Of a stretch of 64,000 bases of DNA, positions 20,522-29,695 are shown one piece after another. Both the position numbers and the translations under genes were made by a program. Under the pieces are notes generated by a model. That model was not told the DNA's origin and ran no database searches. It saw only the letters and a list, made by a program, of their open reading frames with translations. Each line of letters starts with the position of its first letter. The first letter of the stretch is position 1. Source of the stretch: Flavobacteriaceae bacterium (GTDB lineage Bacteria > Bacteroidota > Bacteroidia > Flavobacteriales > Flavobacteriaceae); NCBI GenBank assembly GCA_021648755.1, contig JAKISG010000010.1, positions 7,017-71,016 on the forward strand, written 5' to 3'.

Positions 20522-22309
20522 ATGCAAAAAATACTTCTAGTACTTTTCGTTCTTACAATTACTTTTGTACATTCACAAAATGTACAACTAGCCAATGATT
20601 ACTTTAGAAAAGGAGAGTATGATAAATCAGCAATGATTTATAAAAAATTATATAAAAAAAACACAAATAATAGAACTTACTTTAAACGATTATTAACATG
20701 TTACCAAGAAAAAGAAAACTTTGAAAAAGCAAAAGAATTAATAGAAAAGCAAAAAATAAATTTTCCTAAACAATATTATCTCCATGTAGAATTAGGTTAT
20801 AATTACCAATTACAAAATAAAAATACAGAAGCAATACTGTTATATCAAAAAGCAATAGGCAAAGTAAAAGAATACCCAAACTCAGCAAACTTAACAGGTA
20901 GGTCTTTTCGTGAAAATCACCTACTAGATTATGCATTACAAGCCTATGAAATTGCAATGAAAAAAAGTCCAAAGTCTAGATTTGGTATTTATATAGCATC
21001 AATTTATGGTGAAAAAACAGAAATTGATAAAATGTTTAATACGTATTTAGACATGGTAAATAACGATCCAAATTATTACGCTTCGATACAACGTTATATA
21101 GCAAAATTTATAACAGATGATAGCGAAAACGAAAATAATAAAATTTTCAAAAAATTAGTATTAAACCGTCTACAAGACAACCCTTTAGATGCTTGGAATA
21201 ATTTATTGAGTTGGTTATATATGCAACAAAAAGACTATACTAAATCATTAGTACAAGAAAAAGCAATTTTTAAACGTTCCTCAAGCAGTTTAAAAAAAAT
21301 ATTTGATTTAGCAACGATAACTTTAGCAGCAAAAGATTATGATACAGCAACAAAAGCATACACATTTATTTTAGAGAATACAGATAGTCAAATTGAAATT
21401 ATAAGAGCAAAACAAAATTTATTACGTATTGAAGTTGAAACTGTAAAAACGCAAGAAAAATTAAATAAGATAAAAACTAAATTTAACACTTTGTTTATAG
21501 AATATGGTAAAGGTAGTAGTACCCTAAATTTACAAATTGCTTATGCAGATTTTTTAACCTTTAAATTAGATAAACCTAATGAAGCGATTATAGTATTAAA
21601 AGAAGTATCAAAAGTTGCAGTTTCAAAATATATAAAAGGTAATATTAAAATAAAACTGGCAGATATTTTAGTTTATACAGATAAATTTAATCAAGCATTG
21701 ATAACATACACACAAGTACAAAGTGATTTAAAAGGGAGCGAAGTTGCTCAAATAGCAAGACTAAAAATAGCGAAAACATCATATTATAAAGGCGATTTTG
21801 ATTGGGCAAGAATACAATTAAAAGTATTAAAATCGGCTACTTCAAAGTTAATTTCTAATGACGCATTAAAATTAAATTTATTAATAGGAGATAACATTGC
21901 AGAGGACACTATTAGAATAGCCTTAAAAAAATATGCAAAGGCAGACCTATTATCCTTTCAAAATAAAAACAAACAAGCAATAGATACCTTATCTATTTTA
22001 TTAAAAGAATTTAAAGGGCATGCCATAGAAGATGAAGCACTATTAAAGCAAGCAGAATTATATAAAAAAACAAATCAATATGCCTTTGCAGAAAATAATT
22101 ATCAGAAAATAATTACACTAAAAAAAGACGGTATTTTAGTAGATGATGCTTTATATAGTTTAGGAAATTTGTATAAAAACGAATTAAATGATACAGAAAA
22201 AGCAAAAGAAATGTACCAAAAAATAATATTTGATTTTGTAAGTAGTATTTATTTAGTAGATGCAAGAAAAAAATTTAGAGAATTACGTGGAGATAAAAGT
22301 ATAGAATAA
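20522..22309 (+). CDS. Tetratricopeptide-repeat protein with signal peptide
   Basis: MQKILLVLFVLTITFVHSQ signal sequence and many TPR-like A/Y/L repeats (ANDYFRKGEYDKSAMIYKKL, etc.). ATG 20522 preferred. Confidence 0.8.
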   Translation: MQKILLVLFVLTITFVHSQNVQLANDYFRKGEYDKSAMIYKKLYKKNTNNRTYFKRLLTCYQEKENFEKAKELIEKQKINFPKQYYLHVELGYNYQLQNKNTEAILLYQKAIGKVKEYPNSANLTGRSFRENHLLDYALQAYEIAMKKSPKSRFGIYIASIYGEKTEIDKMFNTYLDMVNNDPNYYASIQRYIAKFITDDSENENNKIFKKLVLNRLQDNPLDAWNNLLSWLYMQQKDYTKSLVQEKAIFKRSSSSLKKIFDLATITLAAKDYDTATKAYTFILENTDSQIEIIRAKQNLLRIEVETVKTQEKLNKIKTKFNTLFIEYGKGSSTLNLQIAYADFLTFKLDKPNEAIIVLKEVSKVAVSKYIKGNIKIKLADILVYTDKFNQALITYTQVQSDLKGSEVAQIARLKIAKTSYYKGDFDWARIQLKVLKSATSKLISNDALKLNLLIGDNIAEDTIRIALKKYAKADLLSFQNKNKQAIDTLSILLKEFKGHAIEDEALLKQAELYKKTNQYAFAENNYQKIITLKKDGILVDDALYSLGNLYKNELNDTEKAKEMYQKIIFDFVSSIYLVDARKKFRELRGDKSIE

Positions 22310-22327
22310 TTTTAAAAATAAAGACTA

Positions 22328-22651
22328 ATGTACATATATAATGTTACCATAAATATAGAAGAAGCAGTTCATGATAAATGGTTAAAATGGATGCAAGAAA
22401 AACACATACCAGAAATGCTAAATTTGGGTAAGTTTCACAAGGCATTAATGACTAGGGTAATTGAAGAAAGAAAGGAAGGAATTACATATTCTATTCAATA
22501 CACAACCGACAGTAAAGAAACTTTAGAAAAATATTATAACAAAGAAGCAAAAAAAATGAGACAAAAAAGTATTCAATTATTTGCTGGTAAATTTGTCGCT
22601 TTTAGAACAGAATTAGAAGTTATTTTTGAAAGTATAAATTTTAAGAATTAA
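22328..22651 (+). CDS. DUF4286-family protein
   Basis: 107 aa. MYIYNVTINIEEAVHDKWLKWMQEKHIPEM resembles the conserved Bacteroidota DUF4286 N-terminus (from memory). Confidence 0.7.
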   Translation: MYIYNVTINIEEAVHDKWLKWMQEKHIPEMLNLGKFHKALMTRVIEERKEGITYSIQYTTDSKETLEKYYNKEAKKMRQKSIQLFAGKFVAFRTELEVIFESINFKN

Positions 22652-22732
22652 ATAAGTAGATTTTCAGGTATTTTTAAATATTTAATTTAATCTTTGTGAA
22701 AACTTTATGACATTAAGAAACTATAAAACTTT

Positions 22733-23515
22733 GTGATTTTGCAAGAAAAAGTAAAACCAAAAAAACACCTAGGACAACATTTTTTAACTGATGAAAACAT
22801 CGCAAAAAAAATTGCAGATACTTTAGTTGGTAAGAATTATAAAGATATTTTAGAAATAGGTCCAGGAATGGGTGTTTTAACTAAATACTTATTAGAAAAC
22901 GGGAACTATAAAACCTCAGTAATAGAGATTGACAGAGAGTCCGTTGCATATCTAAAAGAAAATTATAAAGATTTAAAAAATAGAATTTTTGAATCTAATT
23001 TTTTAAAAACTGATATACAAGAACTCTTTAGTAAAAAACAATTTGCTATAATTGGAAACTTCCCTTATAATATTTCTACACAAATTGTTTTTAAAACTTT
23101 AGAAAATAAGGATTATATACCCGAACTCTCTGGTATGTTTCAAAAAGAAGTCGCTGAACGCATTGCAGAAAAAAAAGGCTCAAAAAAATACGGAATTTTA
23201 TCGGTACTAACACAAGCATTTTACGATGTAGAGTACTTATTTACCGTACCACCAAGTGTATTTAATCCACCACCAAAAGTAGAATCAGGAGTTATAAGAT
23301 TAACACGAAAAAAAAACTTTATATTACCAGTAGAAGAAAAGTTTTTTTTCAAAGTTGTAAAAACGGCCTTTAACCAACGTAGAAAAATGTTACGTAAAAG
23401 TTTACAATCTTTTCAATTGTCATCAGAACTAAAACAGTCTGAGTTTTTTACAAAACGCCCAGAACAATTATCAGTAGATGAGTTTATTTATCTTACTAAA
23501 TTGTTAATACCTTAA
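22733..23515 (+). CDS. rsmA: 16S rRNA (adenine1518/1519-N6)-dimethyltransferase
   Basis: [16 protein letters not shown] (SAM site) and GNFPYNIST motifs. GTG start. Confidence 0.92.
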   Translation: MILQEKVKPKKHLGQHFLTDENIAKKIADTLVGKNYKDILEIGPGMGVLTKYLLENGNYKTSVIEIDRESVAYLKENYKDLKNRIFESNFLKTDIQELFSKKQFAIIGNFPYNISTQIVFKTLENKDYIPELSGMFQKEVAERIAEKKGSKKYGILSVLTQAFYDVEYLFTVPPSVFNPPPKVESGVIRLTRKKNFILPVEEKFFFKVVKTAFNQRRKMLRKSLQSFQLSSELKQSEFFTKRPEQLSVDEFIYLTKLLIP

Positions 23516-23707
23516 ATCAAAAGTCGTAACGAGGATTTGAAATGTACGCTAGTACCCTTTCATATCAAATGGTTTCATAAAATTTTTTATCAAATTTTTC
23601 TAAATTAGTATGACACAACATAGCCTGATGTCTATTTTACAAAAAAAAATGGTAAAAAAAGGACAAGTAGTCTCATTTTAAAGAAAATAAAAAAATAAGC
23701 ACAAAAT

Positions 23708-25342
23708 TTATTTTTCTAAAAACGGATATTTATAATCTGTTGGTGGCACAAAAGTTTCTTTAATTGTTCGGTTAGAAACCCATCGTAATAAATTCCATAC
23801 AGAACCTGCTTTGTCGTTTGTGCCAGAGCCACGGGCACCTCCAAAAGGTTGTTGACCGACAACAGCCCCTGTTGGTTTATCGTTAATATAAAAATTTCCT
23901 GCAGCATCTTCTAGAGCATCTGTAGCATAATCAATAATATATCGATCTGCGCTAAAAATAGCTCCTGTTAATGCATAAGGAGAAGTATTATTTAAAATTA
24001 CCAAACTTTCTTTCCAGTCTTCATCGTCATAAACAAAAATAGTTAAAATAGGTCCAAATAATTCAGTGCACATTGTCTTATAATCTGCTTTTTTAGCTAA
24101 AATAACAGTTGGCTCTATAAAATAACCTTTAGAATTATCGTAATTACCACCAATAATTACTGTAGCATCAGGATCTCTTTTAGCATCATCAATAAAATTA
24201 GCTAATTTATCAAATGCTCTACTATCAATTACTGCATTGATAAAATTACTGGTATCTTCTGGACTGCCCATTTTCATAGATTTCATTTCTGTTTCTAAAT
24301 GAATTTTTACCTCATTCCATTTAGATTTAGGAATATATGCTCTAGATGCCGCTGAACATTTTTGACCTTGATATTCAAAAGCACCGCGACTAAGGGCAGT
24401 ACCAACTTGTTTAGCATCTGCAGAAGCATGCATCCAAAGAAAATCTTTTCCGCCAGTTTCACCAACAATTCTTGGATAAGAACGGTATTTACCTTTATTT
24501 ACATTCGTACCAATATTATTCCAAAAACTATTAAATACTCCTGTCGAACCTGTAAAATGAATACCGCCAAAATCCTTATGGTCTAATAAAACATCAGTAA
24601 TCATTGCAGCATCTCCTGTAACCATATTAATAACACCATCTGGAACACCTGCTTCTTTAAAAAGTTCCATTAAAACTTGTGCAGAGTAAACTTGTGTTCT
24701 TGCTGGTTTCCAAATAATAACATTACCCATCATTGCTGGTGCTGCTGCTAAATTAGCAGCAATAGATGTAAAATTAAATGGCGTTATTGCATATATAAAC
24801 CCCTCTAAAGGTCTGTATTCCATTCTGTTCCATATTCCAGGAGCAGATAAAGGCTGATTTTGATAAATTTCAGTCATAAACTGCACATTAAACCTAAAGA
24901 AATCTATCAATTCACAAGCGGCGTCAATTTCTGCTTGCATTACATTTTTAGATTGCGCAATCATTGTTGCAGCATTTAATTTTGCTCTATATGGACCTGC
25001 CAATAAATCTGCTGCCTTTAGAAATATTGCAGCACGAGATTCCCAAGGCATATTTGCCCATTTTTTACGCGCTTCCATTGCCGTTTTTATAGCTAATTCT
25101 ATATGCTTTTTTTTAGCTTCGTGATATTTACCTACAGCGTGTTTAATATCATGTGGCGGATGAATTGAAACAGTATTTCCTGTCCTTATTTCTTCACGAC
25201 CAATATAAAACGGAATATCCACTTTTTCGTTATACATTTTTTTGTACATTGCTAATAACTCTTTACGCTCTTCACTATTTGGAGCGTACGATTTAACGGG
25301 TTCGTTTATTGGTATTGGTATGTTGTAAAATCCTGTTGCCAT
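23708..25342 (-). CDS. pruA: L-glutamate gamma-semialdehyde (1-pyrroline-5-carboxylate) dehydrogenase
   Basis: 544-aa aldehyde dehydrogenase with VGETGGKDF (catalytic Glu) and FEYQGQKCSAASR (catalytic Cys). Confidence 0.9.
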   Translation of the reverse strand: MATGFYNIPIPINEPVKSYAPNSEERKELLAMYKKMYNEKVDIPFYIGREEIRTGNTVSIHPPHDIKHAVGKYHEAKKKHIELAIKTAMEARKKWANMPWESRAAIFLKAADLLAGPYRAKLNAATMIAQSKNVMQAEIDAACELIDFFRFNVQFMTEIYQNQPLSAPGIWNRMEYRPLEGFIYAITPFNFTSIAANLAAAPAMMGNVIIWKPARTQVYSAQVLMELFKEAGVPDGVINMVTGDAAMITDVLLDHKDFGGIHFTGSTGVFNSFWNNIGTNVNKGKYRSYPRIVGETGGKDFLWMHASADAKQVGTALSRGAFEYQGQKCSAASRAYIPKSKWNEVKIHLETEMKSMKMGSPEDTSNFINAVIDSRAFDKLANFIDDAKRDPDATVIIGGNYDNSKGYFIEPTVILAKKADYKTMCTELFGPILTIFVYDDEDWKESLVILNNTSPYALTGAIFSADRYIIDYATDALEDAAGNFYINDKPTGAVVGQQPFGGARGSGTNDKAGSVWNLLRWVSNRTIKETFVPPTDYKYPFLEK

Positions 25343-25507
25343 TATCTATTATTTAAAAATATTCAATTAATTTTGTGACTACAAAGTTACTAATTTTTTT
25401 AGAGCTTACGAACTCTTTAGAGTTTAAAACCTCATTAGTAACATTAATTAAAAAACATAAATAGTAGCCTTAATTTTAAACAGTTAGGTTAAAAAAACTA
25501 AAAATTA

Positions 25508-26191
25508 ATGTGTACCGTAACTTACATACCAATAAATAAAACCGATTTTATCCTAACCTCAAGTAGAGATGTACCTTTTACAAGAGAAAAAGCTTTAGTT
25601 CCAAAAAAGTATATAGAAGATAATGTAGCAATTACTTACCCAAAAGATGGTCGTGCAAAAGGAACATGGATTGGCTACAGTTCAAAAAACAGACTGATTT
25701 GTTTGTTAAATGGCGGTTTTGAAAATCATATTTCTAAAAAATCATATCGAAAAAGTAGAGGTATTATTGTAAAAAATTTATTAAAAAAAGACACTATTTC
25801 TGCCGCTTTAAGCAAAATAGAATTAGAGAATATAGAGCCTTTTACTTTAATAATTGCTGATTGGAATGCAGAATTACAATTAATAGAATTTATTTGGGAT
25901 GGAAAAATAAAACACTTAAAAAACTTAAATCAAGAAAAACATATTTGGTCCTCTTCAACTTTGTATGATGAGAACATGAAACAATTAAGAAGAGGTTGGT
26001 TTTCAAAATGGACGCTTAAAGATAAAAAGAAAGACATCTTAAAATTTCATCATAAAGCAGGGCTAGGTAATTGTAATGTTGCTATTACTATGAAGCGTAA
26101 AAAAGTTGGAACGGTTAGTATAACTCAATTTTCTAAAATTGATGGAGAGATTTGTATGAATTATGAAGAGATAACAAATGCGAAAAATTGA
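25508..26191 (+). CDS. NRDE-family protein
   Basis: 227 aa starting MCTVTY (N-terminal nucleophile-type Cys2), typical of NRDE/TANGO2-like proteins. Confidence 0.72.
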   Translation: MCTVTYIPINKTDFILTSSRDVPFTREKALVPKKYIEDNVAITYPKDGRAKGTWIGYSSKNRLICLLNGGFENHISKKSYRKSRGIIVKNLLKKDTISAALSKIELENIEPFTLIIADWNAELQLIEFIWDGKIKHLKNLNQEKHIWSSSTLYDENMKQLRRGWFSKWTLKDKKKDILKFHHKAGLGNCNVAITMKRKKVGTVSITQFSKIDGEICMNYEEITNAKN

Positions 26192-26280
26192 CAATACATT
26201 TAGTACATCATTTATAATTTTGACGGTATATTTTATCTTTAAAAGTTTAAGAAAATAAAACATTTCATAAATTAACCTAT

Positions 26281-26667
26281 TTAATTTAAAATTGCAGGAA
26301 TCACCAATTGAGATGTAGGAATATACACTTTAAACTTTTCGGTAGTTGTAAAATTAATCATATTGTAAAGACCAGACATAGAGCCAATAGGCGAAGTCAA
26401 ATAACAAAACGAACCGTATATATATTTTGCTTTTGGAGTTAAAATTGGTTTTTTACCAATAACTCCATCACCTTCAATTATTTCAATAGCGCTTAAAGAA
26501 TCAAAAATATACCACCTTCTACTAATCAATTGTACCGAATCATTACTTTGATTTTCAATAGTTATTTCATAATTAAACAGATAATTTAATCGATAATTTT
26601 GATAATGCGTACCTTTAAAATTGGTTTTTATCGAAATTTTAATTCCGTTTGTTATTTGCTGAATCAT
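26281..26667 (-). CDS. apaG: ApaG (DUF525) protein
   Basis: 128 aa with an ApaG-like pattern (YEITIENQSNDSVQLISRRWYIFDS...EGDGVIGKKP). Confidence 0.85.
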   Translation of the reverse strand: MIQQITNGIKISIKTNFKGTHYQNYRLNYLFNYEITIENQSNDSVQLISRRWYIFDSLSAIEIIEGDGVIGKKPILTPKAKYIYGSFCYLTSPIGSMSGLYNMINFTTTEKFKVYIPTSQLVIPAILN

Positions 26668-26938
26668 TGGTTGGTATTGATTTAGTTTACAAATATAATT
26701 ATTTTTTTTAAAAAAAAACTGCTAAAAGTAAAAACGCTATATAAAAATAAAAAATTACTAGCAATAGGCTTGGTAAAAACCAACCAGAATAAAGTCAGCA
26801 TTTAATTTTAATTAAAATATTTTTCCCTAAATGTTATTTAGTTTTTAATGCGTTTTCCCTGAGATTAATCACCTCTAAAATTTGTTTTTATAAAAAAAAA
26901 TAATATATTCGTAAATTCTAAACAATTTAATAAGAACG

Positions 26939-27403
26939 ATGAGTAAAAAAATATACGTATTAGACGGCGCATTATTAGAATGTAACATGGGTTATAAACC
27001 CGCAAAATTATTAGTAACCGAAAACAAAAAAGTAAAAATACAAGGCAAATTTAAAGCAACCGATGCCGACATACAAGTACCACAAACCTTTGGTAAATGT
27101 AAACTAAAACCAACAAATAGCGGTCATTTACCCTGCGTACCAGGCTTACAAAAATGGACTAATACTAGTACAAAAGTAACCTTAGGCAAAAGTAAAAAGT
27201 TTTTGTTCGACTGCTCACAAACGATGTGCTCTACAGGCGGTCTAGTAAAAATAAAAGATCACGGACAAATAGATAGCATAGGTAGTATGCTAGAACAATT
27301 TAAAGAAATTGCCATGCTCATACCAGGAGCCATGCCAGGAGCCACCAACATACCAAAAGTAGTAGAACAATATTGGATGGATGAAGAGAGCAAGAAAAAA
27401 TAG
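26939..27403 (+). CDS. DUF4280 (PAAR-like) domain protein, probable spike-tip/delivery head of the downstream toxin
   Basis: 154 aa with no signal peptide. Pattern GALLECNMG...PAKL.V...V.I.GK..AT..D...P..FG.C...P....PC.P....W......V..G......DCS..MCSTGGLVKIKDHGQ matches the conserved Cys/Gly layout of DUF4280. The stop follows an A6 run, and the downstream frame is already open (see findings). Confidence 0.8.
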   Translation: MSKKIYVLDGALLECNMGYKPAKLLVTENKKVKIQGKFKATDADIQVPQTFGKCKLKPTNSGHLPCVPGLQKWTNTSTKVTLGKSKKFLFDCSQTMCSTGGLVKIKDHGQIDSIGSMLEQFKEIAMLIPGAMPGATNIPKVVEQYWMDEESKKK

Positions 27404-27441
27404 AAGAAGAAGAAAATAATAAAAATGTAAAAATATTTGTA

Positions 27442-29688
27442 ATGACCGAAAATATTGATGCAGGAGAAACACTAACTATTGAAATTGAAGAAAAAGAAGG
27501 TCAAGAATTTAACAAAGGAGAAAAAAAATTAACCTATACAAGCACAGTAAAAGCAAACGGTTCAAGTACACTAGATATAGAGATAAATAAAGACTGGCAA
27601 GAAGCCACAAATAGAACACTTGTATTAAAAAGAATACACACAGCAGAAATGACCTTTGAAGTTCACGAAGAACTAAAAATAGTTGACCCCAACGAAAAAA
27701 AAGTACTAGACGTCTATCTAGCCGAAAAAAAGATAAAATATGTAGATGAAGAAGATGGCGAATACACATACACCTTTAAAAACGATAAAAAGGCAGTAAA
27801 TAACCACGAAAAAAATGTGCTTTCCTCAGAAATATTTAGTGTAGTAAAAAAAACATTAGAAAGTTTAAATCAAAAACCAGCAACTGAATTTATAACCGAG
27901 GCATTAAAAACCAATAAAGAAGCAGGTAAAATTAAAGAAAGTTACAAAAAAGGCGAAACACTCACCTTTAAAGTATATAAACTAGAAAGGAAAAAAGAAG
28001 AACACTACCAAAAAATGAGTAGTGTAATTGGCGCCTCTATGGGCAACCAAATATATATAATAGCCAAAACAAAAAATTTAGAAGGCAAAAAAGTAAAGAT
28101 AAAGTTACATGAGAAAGAAGACGAGTTAAAACTACTAAAAGACAAAGACGCTATTTTGCCCGTATTAGTTTACGCAAAAAAAGAAGACAAAACAACCGAT
28201 ACCCAAGCCAGCGATTGGATAGAAATAGACATTAAAAAAGAAAAAGGAAAAAAAGAAACCGATAATGTCATACTAAGCCAAGGAGAAGAAGAAATAGAAG
28301 TAGGCATAAAAAAAATACAACTACGCCCAAAAACCGATAAAATGGCAAGCAAAGACGAAGAAGCCAGTAAAAGTTTTGAAGGATGGGCAGAGAAGTTGTA
28401 TATACGAGAAGATGAAACCGAAGCAGGAAAAAAAGCAAAAAAAGCAAAAGAAGAAGAAAAAACAATAACCCTAAATTTTGATAAAGATGCAATTAAAGAA
28501 AGTTTCCCTGAAAAAATAACATGGTTAAAAAGCAGTGAGATAGGTAAAGAAGAAATATACACCATTACAAAATACCTTAAAGGCGAAACTGAAGTTGACA
28601 AGAATAATATACGTTGGTCATTATATATACAAAGCAAAAAAAAGAATTACACCATTATAGACACCAAAACTAAAACTGATCTATACACGTATGCCAAAAC
28701 GGAACTCATTGATGGCAAAAATCAACTAACCATAATATTCGACAAAGCCCTAAAAGGTAAAAAAGTACAAATAGAACCCTTTAGAGAAGAAGCACCAAAA
28801 TTAAACACAAAAAATGATTATGTAAGTACAACGCTTATTAAAGAAAAAGCCACCCCAAAAATAACCAAACTAGACACTACCAAACTATGGTTACAAACCG
28901 AGTGTGATGATTGTAAAGAAAAGGAAAAAAAGAAAGAATTTTTAAAAGAGAATTATTTTAAATTAAAAACGCCAGATACTATTCATATTTATAGTGATGG
29001 GAAGATTAGTAAAACACCTCTAACATTATTAAAAAACATAAGATATGTTTATGTTGCTAGTGATGGTGAAGAGCATGATTTGGGTAAATATAATTTAATA
29101 GAAGCTCAAAAATGGAATTATGGTTCTTCAAGATATCATAGTGGATGGAAAAAAATCGTTACTATTGATAATAAAGGAAATGAAAAAGAAAAATATTTTG
29201 AATATGCTAAAGGAAAAGTTAAGTTAGTTAAATTCAAACTTCCTTTATCATATAATTATAATAATGTAAATATTAAATTAAAAGATAATTCAACAAGAGA
29301 ATACATAAATCCAGAAGCTTTTGCCTGTCTTATAGGAGCATTGGCAGAAGTTGGTTATGATGATATTACTTTAAACGGATTTACATCTAAAGACGGTACA
29401 GGAGCACCAAGTGTAACTCATTTTAATGGAATTGCAGGAGATTTTCGATATTTAAGAAAAGATAAAAAAATAGCCTCTCTCCATATTAATACAAGTCCAA
29501 ATCAACTTGATGTTGAACGACAAGAAAAGTTTATTGATGCTCTAGTAAAATTTGGCTGGAAAAATTTTTATAGTTATGATACAAAAATTGACAAGAAAGA
29601 TTTTATACTTAAAAAATCTACTCACCTTGCTAACCACCATCATCATCTACATTTAAGATATGAACAATTTAAACCAAATTATAAATAA
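27442..29688 (+). CDS. Polymorphic toxin: Lys/Glu-rich repeat-module N-region, conserved junction segment, and C-terminal LAS/M15-like zinc peptidase module (CT1)
   Basis: 748 aa with no signal peptide and no T9SS CTD. C-terminal motifs PSVTHFNGIAGD (H at 29419, D at 29440; SxHxxGxAxD type) and HLH (29644-29652). The frame is open upstream to 27385, so the true N-terminus is probably upstream or fused to the DUF4280 gene. Confidence 0.75.
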   Translation: MTENIDAGETLTIEIEEKEGQEFNKGEKKLTYTSTVKANGSSTLDIEINKDWQEATNRTLVLKRIHTAEMTFEVHEELKIVDPNEKKVLDVYLAEKKIKYVDEEDGEYTYTFKNDKKAVNNHEKNVLSSEIFSVVKKTLESLNQKPATEFITEALKTNKEAGKIKESYKKGETLTFKVYKLERKKEEHYQKMSSVIGASMGNQIYIIAKTKNLEGKKVKIKLHEKEDELKLLKDKDAILPVLVYAKKEDKTTDTQASDWIEIDIKKEKGKKETDNVILSQGEEEIEVGIKKIQLRPKTDKMASKDEEASKSFEGWAEKLYIREDETEAGKKAKKAKEEEKTITLNFDKDAIKESFPEKITWLKSSEIGKEEIYTITKYLKGETEVDKNNIRWSLYIQSKKKNYTIIDTKTKTDLYTYAKTELIDGKNQLTIIFDKALKGKKVQIEPFREEAPKLNTKNDYVSTTLIKEKATPKITKLDTTKLWLQTECDDCKEKEKKKEFLKENYFKLKTPDTIHIYSDGKISKTPLTLLKNIRYVYVASDGEEHDLGKYNLIEAQKWNYGSSRYHSGWKKIVTIDNKGNEKEKYFEYAKGKVKLVKFKLPLSYNYNNVNIKLKDNSTREYINPEAFACLIGALAEVGYDDITLNGFTSKDGTGAPSVTHFNGIAGDFRYLRKDKKIASLHINTSPNQLDVERQEKFIDALVKFGWKNFYSYDTKIDKKDFILKKSTHLANHHHHLHLRYEQFKPNYK
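28769..29059 (+). repeat. Junction repeat, copy 1 (inside the large toxin gene)
   Basis: 28801-29006 matches 30422-30627 at 205/206 nt by eye. The lead-in AAATAGAACC(C)TT(T)A is shared by all three copies. 28843-28894 and about 28912-29059 also match copy 3. Confidence 0.9.
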
Positions 29689-29695
29689 TGAAAAT

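Noticed and set aside
25508-26667. NRDE-family and ApaG genes, considered as part of the toxin system.
   Set aside because: Both are widely conserved single-copy housekeeping-type genes. ApaG is on the opposite strand, and a 271-bp promoter-like gap separates them from the DUF4280 gene.
27290-28637. Minus-strand ORFs inside the toxin locus (27290-27472, 27509-27769, 28170-28637, 28268-28492).
   Set aside because: These are shadow ORFs created by the purine-rich AAG/GAA coding of the + strand. Their products are Leu/Phe/Ser low-complexity strings. The + strand carries the recognisable DUF4280 and peptidase motifs.
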